Under the pieces are notes generated by a model that saw nothing but the letters and a program-made list of their open reading frames with translations, made no database searches and was not told where the DNA came from. This document shows, piece by piece, positions 57,901-64,000 of a DNA stretch of 64,000 nucleotides (position 1 is its first letter; every line of letters starts with the position of its first letter). The stretch lies in IMG/VR virus record IMGVR_UViG_3300020432_000004; one strand, written 5' to 3'. The stretch is from a virus. Lineage: Duplodnaviria; Caudoviricetes. The position numbers and the translations under genes are program-made.

Positions 57901-60900
57901 TGATGCTTATATTGCTGTTGTAGATACACTTGGTAACTTTGCTGTTAAGAGAAAGATTACTTCTGTAAATGTTTCTGAAAAAATTACAGATTTACTTGTA
58001 AATGGAACTGACATATACTATACATTTGAAATTGCTACAAGTCCTAATGCATCATCAGTTGATACAGGTATTGGTAAAGCAAATGTAGGTACTAGTGCAA
58101 TTAGTCTTCTATGGAATAAGCAATTAACTAATACCTTGTATTCCTTTATGGATACAAGTCTTACAATAGATGAGTTTAGTGAACTTTATATTACTGCTAC
58201 AACTAGACTTAAGGCAGATAATACAACTAAAGATGGATTCTGGGTTGGTAAATTCAATGTTGATGGTGATACTCTTTGGAATTATCGTTATGGAGTTCTT
58301 GGTGGATACAGTATTAATGTTGCTAAGAGAAGTCATATTGATATATTTGGTGATCTTAACGTTGCAATTAACAAGTATCAGAATACAGACGGTGAATTAA
58401 CTGTTGACGTAGTTAAACTTGGATACAATGGTATTATTAAGAGTCATACTAATAATAAGTTTGATGTTAATAACATTGAAGGATTGACTGCACATACATT
58501 ATTCCCTGACAGTTCTGGTGATGTTCATGTATATGGTCAAACTTCTTGGAATAGAAATGAGTTATTACTACCATTTACAAGTGGTGAAACTACAGATACT
58601 ACAGGTCATTACACTCCAACATTCATAGGTGAGGGTAATTCATTAAAATTTGATAGTACTAATGGATATGCACAGATACTAGGAAAAGATACTGTTACTC
58701 CTACTACATGGGTAAATTCAGCAATACAAGTTAATGGTTCTGATTTAGGAACTAAACTAACTAACAACTGGACTATTGAGTTCATGTTGTATAAAGATGC
58801 TGTTGGTAATAACAATACACATAGTCAAACACAACAAACATTAATAGCAATCGGTGATGCTACCTTGAGTACAGGTGGTCTATGGTTGTATTATGATATT
58901 TCTAGTGGAGAATTACAATTAGTTGTTACTGCAAATGGAACAGCACTTAACTCTGCATCTGGTGCTCTTCAATCTGCAGTTACTACAATGTTTGCCGATA
59001 ATACTTGGCAATTCATTTCACTGACTAAATCTGCAGGTCAATACACTGCATACGTCAATGGTATACAAGTTCTTCAAGGAACTATTGATAATACTGCATT
59101 CCAGAATCAAAACCTATACATTGGTAATATTCCTGGTAGAAGTGGAACAACAGGTCAATTCCGTTCTAATGAGCAAGGTCAATATCATGTAGATAATCTT
59201 CGTATTAGAAACAGAGCAGTTACTCCTACAGTTCCTAATGATGTAACTAACTATCCTATTGCAGGTGAATTTAACGAAGGATTTAACTGGCAAGATACAT
59301 CATGGTTCTCTACTTACACAAACAAGTATGATTACATTGATTATGTCGGTTGGGGTCTTAAGATTGATAAAAATGCTGATGCAGCAAGATTAGGTACACA
59401 AACAGCACAAACTAATACACAGATTGGATTCACTAGAACTGCCATAGCAGTTGTGGAGGGAGGAGAACTAACTGTTAATAATACAGGATTTGCTTTAGCA
59501 GAGGCAGGATTCCAGAACTTAGACTTTGATGATGCTGATACATCAATGTCTCAGGATTCTAGCACATTGACATATCTTCAAGATGTTTGGAGTTCTAGAA
59601 CTGCTACTGTTCCTTCACCAGGTTCTCAGAAATTAAGAGTTACTGCTAATGTTAAGGACAGATACTACTTTAAGGTTACACCTACAGTCAAGATTGATAA
59701 TATTCAAGAACTTACTCTTAACCAAGAGTTTAGATTTACCACAGGAACAAAATTAAGACTTAACAATGATGCAGGAGTATTCCAAAATAGTGGATATATT
59801 ATTAGACAAGATGTTACTAATAGAAAGATATATCTTGCAGTTAATAATAATGCTTGGTCTGATAATCTCAATGCAGGTTATATTGTTACAGAACAGTTTA
59901 ATGAGCAAAGCACTTATGGAATTGTAGGACCTATACCTAATGATATTAATGAACTTACATTTACATTTGCACAATTAAACAATACTACACCAGGTGTATT
60001 TGATATTGATCTTAACAATTTCAATCATCCAGAGGGCGGTACAAACAATATGGATGAATTGACTAGATTCAAACCATATACTGATGATGATTACTCTATT
60101 AGAATTGATGAAGTTTCTGGTGGTTCACCTTATATTGTCGGATCTGTTATTAATATTGACTCTGGTGATATTAGTTACAATGCTGAATATACAACTGCAC
60201 AAATTCAAAATCTAACTGGTGTTCTTAAGATTACTCTAATAGCAACTCTTAGAAGAATTATACAAGCAACTGCAGTTGCTAATAGTGATGAAGTTTATAT
60301 TGTTACTGGAAGCAGTCACTACCTCACTGAGGGTGAGATGGTTAATATTGATGGTAACCCATCACAAACTTACAATAGTCTTGTATATGATGAATATGAT
60401 GGTGCTTTCCCAGTTCATACTGTTGTAAGTCCTGTTGAATTTACTTACAAATTACCTAATGCTGCTCTAACATCACCAGCTACAAACTCAGGTCAAGTTA
60501 ATATTTACGTTAAATCTCCTGTTCTTAAGATGTATTATGGACATCAATATCTGTTTGATGTCAGTCATTCTTCAATGGCAGGTGGTAACTTATCATTCTC
60601 TAAAGATAATCTCTACAAACTAGAATACTCATTTAACTCTATTGAAAGAGTAGGTACACCTGGTATTACTGGTCAAGGTGTTCCTAATCCCACTGTTAAG
60701 TTAAAAGTTGATACTGATATTGTTACTAACATTTCTTACTACTTTGACCCATCTAGAACAGGTGATGATTCTCCTGTTATCAAATCTAGTTACTTAGATG
60801 TTGTCAATTCTCCTTACGTAGGAAACTTTACTATTAGTTCTATATCTGGTGCAACTATTACTCGTGGTGCTGATACATTCAAATTCCCACTTGCTAATGA

Positions 60901-63900
60901 ACCAGAAGGAAATGCTGACGTTATCAATACATCTTATAGCACAAGTTCATTAAAGGCAGTTGGTTCTATCAGTGATATACGTATTGTTAATCCTGGTGGT
61001 TTCTATACTAGATTACCTGTTGTCACAACAATTCAATCATCTAGACAGATTGAGAGAGTTCAAATTGATGCACCAGGTACTGAATATGCTGTAGGTGTTT
61101 ATAATAGTGTTCCTATTGCAGGTGATGGAGAAGGTGGATTTGTTTCTATTACTGTTGCTGATGGAACTGATGATGAGGGTGTAACAATTCCTGGTCAAAT
61201 ACAAGAAGTTGTAGTTACATCACCAGGTAAAGGATATACTGTCGCAAGTATTGATGTTGAATCAATATCAGGTATTCTTGGAGCAGGTTTAACAGGTTCT
61301 GGTGTTGATCTGAATGTTGTTATACCTCCTGCAGGAACTGGTGCTTCTATCTTTACTAAAGGAACTAAAGTTGGTAAGATTAAGAAATTACAGAACAATA
61401 ACTTTGGATATGATTATCCTCATGACTATACTTTACGTCCTGAGATTTCATTCCCAATTAACGCACAGTTAACATCCACAAGTATACTTGATAGTATTAC
61501 AGTTACAGATCCAGGTTCTGGATATTCACAAGCACCTGCTGTTGTTATTACAGGTGGTGGTGGAGCAAATGCGACTGCTGAAGCATCTATTAAGAATGGT
61601 CGTTTAGATGATGTTATTGTTAAAGATCCTGGCTCAGGTTATTCATCTGCTCCTACTGTATCTTTAAGATCATCCTTTAACTATGTTGTTAACCTTGACT
61701 TAGGATTACTACAGTTTGCTTTCCCACATGGTATTCAAAATGGTGCTGAAGTTTCTCTAACTGTTACTGATACTGGAGATGGTGCTGACTTCCCATTAGC
61801 AGCAGGTGCTATTGGTCGTTTGAACTCTACTAACACATATTATGCTATTGCAGGTACTGCTAATTCTCTAGAAGAAAACCAGTTAAAGATTGCTATTACT
61901 GCTGCTAACGCTGCATTAGGTGACTCTATTCAGTTTGTTAACGCAGGAACTGGTCGTCAAACAATATTAACTGAATCATTTGGTGGTGCTGCTGAAGCAA
62001 ACGTTGTTACTTCTACATTCTTAGAAGGTGAACTTGTATATCAAGGTGATACATTAGAAACTGCAACTGCACAAGGTTATGTTTCTACTAACCAAGGTTG
62101 GCAGGTAGGACCTAGAGTTATTAAGATTGTTGATTATACTGGTGAATTTAATGCTAACGAAAGAATAACAGGTGTTATTTCTAAATCATCTGGTATCATT
62201 AGTGATCTTAAGATTGCTCGTGGTGTTCTTGAAATTGGTTCTATCACTAAAACAACAGGTCAATTTATTGATGATATTGGTAAACCATCTGAAATTATTC
62301 AGAAGATTCAAGATAGTTACTATTATCAAGACTTCTCATATGCTGTTAAGTCTGCTGTTTCTATCGGAGAGTGGAAAGAGATATTACTTAAGAACGTTCA
62401 CCCTGCATCATTTAAAGTATTTGGTGAGTTAAATCTATCTGATTATGGTCAAATTCCTAACAAGGAAACTGATTTCCAGATTACTAAGTCTGTTGAATTA
62501 GCAAGAGAAGCGATTGTACCTAATATTCAAAGTTTCTCTCTAGTTGAACCAGTATACTCACAGTTCAATAATTCAGAAGTATTATTCAGACAAAAAAGAT
62601 TAACGTCTTCAGAAAACATTTTAACATCTGTTGTACAAAGACTTGATGATATATCCAATTTATTTGATGGTGTTAAGACTCAGTTCCCATTATCAGTTAA
62701 TGGTGAAAACGTAGTTGCTAATGCTAATCAGTTAATGATCATCTTAAATGGTGTTGCTCAAACTCCTGAGACATCATTCTCAATTCTAGGTGATTCTATT
62801 GTATTCAGTCAACCACCACAACCACCTGCTAGTGTTAAGTATGTAAACGTTACTATTGAAGAAATTGATATATCTGAACTTACATTTAGTAATATTAGTG
62901 GTATTTTCCCACTTATAGGTAACTCAATGGGTGGACAGACATCTGGATCTAGATTTACTGTCACAAGTGTTGTTGGTAATAATATTAGAGGATTCTTTAC
63001 AGAAGGAACAGCATTTATTGTAGGTGAATTGGTAAGTAACTCTGCTACTGGATTTATTGCTAATTATGATTCTGTATCATCTATTTCTAATCTTGGATTA
63101 TTTGTATTTGGTGAGCAAGTAACTAACCTTACTGGACAAACTGCTAAAGTTGAAGCAATCAACTTGGCAGGTGGTGCAGAAGATCCACTTGGTCAACTTC
63201 GTTATGGTGTAGGACCTTCAACTGCTGCTATTGAAGTAGTTGCAGATAAAGCACAATCTACTGATCCTGATACTCCACCTCCTAGTGGAACATTTGTTGT
63301 TGGTGGTAATTATCAAGTTGGTTCTGAAATTGTAAATGTCACTCAAATTACTGAGAATAATGATTCTACTATATTAGAGGTAACTAGAGGACAATTAGGT
63401 ACTACTGCAGCAACACAGGCAGAAGATGGTCCTGTATATTCAACTGTAGTTAATGTTAATGACAAATTAACTTTAAGTAAGACTACTGGAACTTACCAGT
63501 CTACACCTGGTTTATTTGACCTTGAACTTAATGATGTTATTATTGGTGCTCAGTCTAATGTAGTTGCAAGATTGACTGCTACATCTACATATCAAGATCC
63601 TGCTACTCAAGAGTTTATTGGACAGGTTAATATTTCAGAGGGATCTTCATTCTTTGGTCTATTATTCAACAGAGTTACATCTATTACATATCCAAATATT
63701 GTTTTAGATGACATTTCAATATCAACAATTAGTGTCGTTGATTTTGAAACATTTACTACTGATATTGACTCTCAATTCCCTGCTAACGAATTTATTAGTC
63801 AAATTGTAATTCCTTATGATAACGCATCAGGTGCATTATCTGTAGGTGAGATGATTAGAAACTACAAACTAGATTATGGTAATAATGTAGGTACATTTAC

Positions 63901-64000
63901 TGCAGGTGAGTCTGGTAAGTCTAGAAAACTAACATTTAAAGAGAAGCAAGGAACTGGTTTATTCTCTGTAGGTCAAACAGTTAGAACTAGAGATACTAAG
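51935..64000 (+). CDS. gp7: Giant baseplate wedge initiator gp7-like protein (>4022 aa, runs off the window; missed by the ORF track)
   Basis: ATG at 51935, MTNINKVSQAVVSQTPDFVESDYPLFNRFLEYYY; frame open wherever spot-checked and still in frame at 64000; IKDFYSCKGT motif; follows gp6. Confidence 0.8.
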   Translation, partial: MTNINKVSQAVVSQTPDFVESDYPLFNRFLEYYYASQEKTGLGQNILNNFLGYLDIDKLDISILDGSTKVREGITATSDKIVVESVDSFLEKNGTILVDNEVIFYETTTPAPNIALTPGINYDQVKLKWSELASPLTSFDGTTSRFPLLSQSNPVGPPSAQHMIVRVYGDWLLPNVDYTVDGDHIVFTNPPRARVVADDAAYTYITYLNGFTENDIVAMDNISGAFGENKRQFTITRNGVRYEPTVDEYVIAIYDNKLMIPKIDFFIDGDQFIFKEAPLNGRILNFYAIEAPIPSFGKDAVGYAQISDAGTLTGISVNNSGTQYRFQYPPQVSINSETGTGASATALVNGVKTLSLLNGGFGYSETNPPVVQVESPTLDGSQQATLKATVTNGAVSGLEVVNSGSGYTFTPRITFRQPGGCTLGTGQILNGSISMVPPITYGGFGYTTAPHVYVDEPTGESPIRANIKAHLVDGAVSQLEILNAGQGYTTTPRIAIVDPVGAQVLETVVDTDGRVTSIELLDGGGGYEDIPSVYIVDNRIDDRGTFIGGTGAKAVASIFNGRITDINVTEFGRGYSQTTPPIVVIQAPPEAEASATIGVNEVTGFNINQSGTGYTKAQFVGCARAASAITAYTQTGNAVFTNETTASAHSIDAPVKCLDALFVKRLLDKYTEQFLPDVPALDYNTIDVRTAIKTIKDFYSCKGTSYSIAYLFKLLYGEQVNISYPKDQIIKPSAATWSIDTILRATIVSGDPANIRDGLLTQDADIADENIRQASALVENFISIKTSEVEIYELILSEETIDGTFVVPYKTKLAEPLDQTEGIITVDSTIGWPERNGEFLIGGSSDVAELIQYKEKSLNQFIECTRSVNGVVEDWDSATEVKSNFKVYVNKGTAQEVVMNVVGIVDAQQTTLTDTGSYYLPGDKLAISKLGGTDISSELTTWLYNVKKLISVTGITFGGINDQAATVTCANPHGLLVGDQVTIYGANPIIYNGTFLVTSRDSPTVFQYQLPQPGGVIPQGNILVSIDLNKGKSASEQILTAIGSYTTNVQNTFFNDNYVYVASTGIPNYEIGPFPGSALLPGNQRKLNRFPRTAQTISTKNLINPGPVGTWVNGVSIWSYKSAFFKTFGAVTDISITNVGQDYDAASPPNITIAGGGGSGATGSVVVNGSLSEVEVLTGGSGYTSSPLVSIVGGGGSGAAATAIITKGVVSRILINSGGTGYTSQPSITIVGGGGTGATATANVRGPIQSIAVTSGGASYTSNPDVTLSSGSGAVAQAIVQNGRIISIAIISAGSGYTTAPIVSIQGDGFGAVARAGIDIDGENAGRVTSVEILNRGIGYIQGTTLINLTSVGQGALFTANVFQWTYNLQATSSLDTAKGGVFEGYNNQYGGEYAHLSNPQRLRYVLGDNLQEPTVGNVVEQAEQLNHSPIVGWAFDGNPIYGPYGYADPTDQASAINRLNTSYRLKTELVYDPVTNPYPARIAGPLLNDETAGNFVEDYEYVFGLGDLDQYNGRFCKTPEFPGGRYCYFVTIDTTEQGNPVFPYVLGPSFNSVVDTWNLSDGATQQNIPTGVVRYRDPYENVDIDVERAPNASTNALTTEDGELLLFEVEDENRDAVISQDELDDPDQIFEESPLQLFDYFPKVKFDSKVDIEVETITKFEDASVTGFTVENPGASYQVNDRLVFDNTDTDGTGVSARVSHIQGEPVSTYGFESIGGLNYGVLKTQNPHNLTVGDNVVVDYTPIMNNTNKTFVVKQIKGVEEIVIDQQGSGYNSELPPTIILDGDGTGAALEAVVSSVGSISSVNVTNSGQNYTTNPRVILSHPQIYKKADYYISKIESNDYVKVNDVFVNDAKEIYICGKTKDSFGYTIAFVSKLSATGVKDWEKTIKSTDGQQEVEFERILVDGMDVYCVGHNRPNSNILEAYNPDVVLCKYTQAANGLSASLQYQKAYAGISGSTRSDNVSAIAKYSDTRFVIGGHTNTNSGNPFDAYIAVVDTLGNFAVKRKITSVNVSEKITDLLVNGTDIYYTFEIATSPNASSVDTGIGKANVGTSAISLLWNKQLTNTLYSFMDTSLTIDEFSELYITATTRLKADNTTKDGFWVGKFNVDGDTLWNYRYGVLGGYSINVAKRSHIDIFGDLNVAINKYQNTDGELTVDVVKLGYNGIIKSHTNNKFDVNNIEGLTAHTLFPDSSGDVHVYGQTSWNRNELLLPFTSGETTDTTGHYTPTFIGEGNSLKFDSTNGYAQILGKDTVTPTTWVNSAIQVNGSDLGTKLTNNWTIEFMLYKDAVGNNNTHSQTQQTLIAIGDATLSTGGLWLYYDISSGELQLVVTANGTALNSASGALQSAVTTMFADNTWQFISLTKSAGQYTAYVNGIQVLQGTIDNTAFQNQNLYIGNIPGRSGTTGQFRSNEQGQYHVDNLRIRNRAVTPTVPNDVTNYPIAGEFNEGFNWQDTSWFSTYTNKYDYIDYVGWGLKIDKNADAARLGTQTAQTNTQIGFTRTAIAVVEGGELTVNNTGFALAEAGFQNLDFDDADTSMSQDSSTLTYLQDVWSSRTATVPSPGSQKLRVTANVKDRYYFKVTPTVKIDNIQELTLNQEFRFTTGTKLRLNNDAGVFQNSGYIIRQDVTNRKIYLAVNNNAWSDNLNAGYIVTEQFNEQSTYGIVGPIPNDINELTFTFAQLNNTTPGVFDIDLNNFNHPEGGTNNMDELTRFKPYTDDDYSIRIDEVSGGSPYIVGSVINIDSGDISYNAEYTTAQIQNLTGVLKITLIATLRRIIQATAVANSDEVYIVTGSSHYLTEGEMVNIDGNPSQTYNSLVYDEYDGAFPVHTVVSPVEFTYKLPNAALTSPATNSGQVNIYVKSPVLKMYYGHQYLFDVSHSSMAGGNLSFSKDNLYKLEYSFNSIERVGTPGITGQGVPNPTVKLKVDTDIVTNISYYFDPSRTGDDSPVIKSSYLDVVNSPYVGNFTISSISGATITRGADTFKFPLANEPEGNADVINTSYSTSSLKAVGSISDIRIVNPGGFYTRLPVVTTIQSSRQIERVQIDAPGTEYAVGVYNSVPIAGDGEGGFVSITVADGTDDEGVTIPGQIQEVVVTSPGKGYTVASIDVESISGILGAGLTGSGVDLNVVIPPAGTGASIFTKGTKVGKIKKLQNNNFGYDYPHDYTLRPEISFPINAQLTSTSILDSITVTDPGSGYSQAPAVVITGGGGANATAEASIKNGRLDDVIVKDPGSGYSSAPTVSLRSSFNYVVNLDLGLLQFAFPHGIQNGAEVSLTVTDTGDGADFPLAAGAIGRLNSTNTYYAIAGTANSLEENQLKIAITAANAALGDSIQFVNAGTGRQTILTESFGGAAEANVVTSTFLEGELVYQGDTLETATAQGYVSTNQGWQVGPRVIKIVDYTGEFNANERITGVISKSSGIISDLKIARGVLEIGSITKTTGQFIDDIGKPSEIIQKIQDSYYYQDFSYAVKSAVSIGEWKEILLKNVHPASFKVFGELNLSDYGQIPNKETDFQITKSVELAREAIVPNIQSFSLVEPVYSQFNNSEVLFRQKRLTSSENILTSVVQRLDDISNLFDGVKTQFPLSVNGENVVANANQLMIILNGVAQTPETSFSILGDSIVFSQPPQPPASVKYVNVTIEEIDISELTFSNISGIFPLIGNSMGGQTSGSRFTVTSVVGNNIRGFFTEGTAFIVGELVSNSATGFIANYDSVSSISNLGLFVFGEQVTNLTGQTAKVEAINLAGGAEDPLGQLRYGVGPSTAAIEVVADKAQSTDPDTPPPSGTFVVGGNYQVGSEIVNVTQITENNDSTILEVTRGQLGTTAATQAEDGPVYSTVVNVNDKLTLSKTTGTYQSTPGLFDLELNDVIIGAQSNVVARLTATSTYQDPATQEFIGQVNISEGSSFFGLLFNRVTSITYPNIVLDDISISTISVVDFETFTTDIDSQFPANEFISQIVIPYDNASGALSVGEMIRNYKLDYGNNVGTFTAGESGKSRKLTFKEKQGTGLFSVGQTVRTRDTK

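Noticed and set aside
681-62432. Short minus-strand and nested alternative-frame ORFs in the track (e.g. 14927..15466, 53495..53881, 58170..58400)
   Set aside because: They lie within long + strand genes and lack RBS or recognisable motifs; treated as shadow ORFs
51930-64000. 12-kb non-coding or pseudogene region implied by the ORF track
   Set aside because: Explained by one ORF lacking a stop codon within the window

Overview
A 64-kb, AT-rich segment, almost all coded on the + strand, of a T4-like marine cyanomyophage (Kyanoviridae type, probably infecting Prochlorococcus or Synechococcus). Layout: (1) 1-9.1 kb baseplate-hub/tape-measure-type genes and gp5, with the auxiliary genes cp12 and cpeT inserted among them. 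(2) 10.7-20.2 kb virion and tail-fibre genes, ending in two Gly/His-rich adhesin-like paralogues and a chaperone-like gene. (3) 20.2-29.9 kb a tightly coupled 13-gene operon: 2 flavin-dependent halogenases, 9 2OG-Fe(II)/cupin oxygenases and 2 other genes. (4) 30-38.5 kb a DNA-modification island with a PD-(D/E)xK nuclease + MTase pair, a second MTase and an SF2 helicase. (5) 38.5-46.6 kb an array of more than 30 tiny early-type ORFs divided into modules. Each module starts with a recurring 9-6-9 palindrome (consensus TGTGACAGT-N6-ACTGTCACA) about 29 bp upstream of a -10 box. (6) 49-64 kb a SET-domain gene, gp25, gp6 and a >4000-codon gp7-like ORF (51935 to the window end) that the ORF track missed. 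The two strongest candidates for an under-described system are the palindrome-promoter cassette array and the halogenase/oxygenase operon next to the His/Gly-rich adhesin pair (a possible virion-modification pathway). No tRNA, CRISPR array or integrase was seen. All calls rest on motif recognition by eye; no searches were run.
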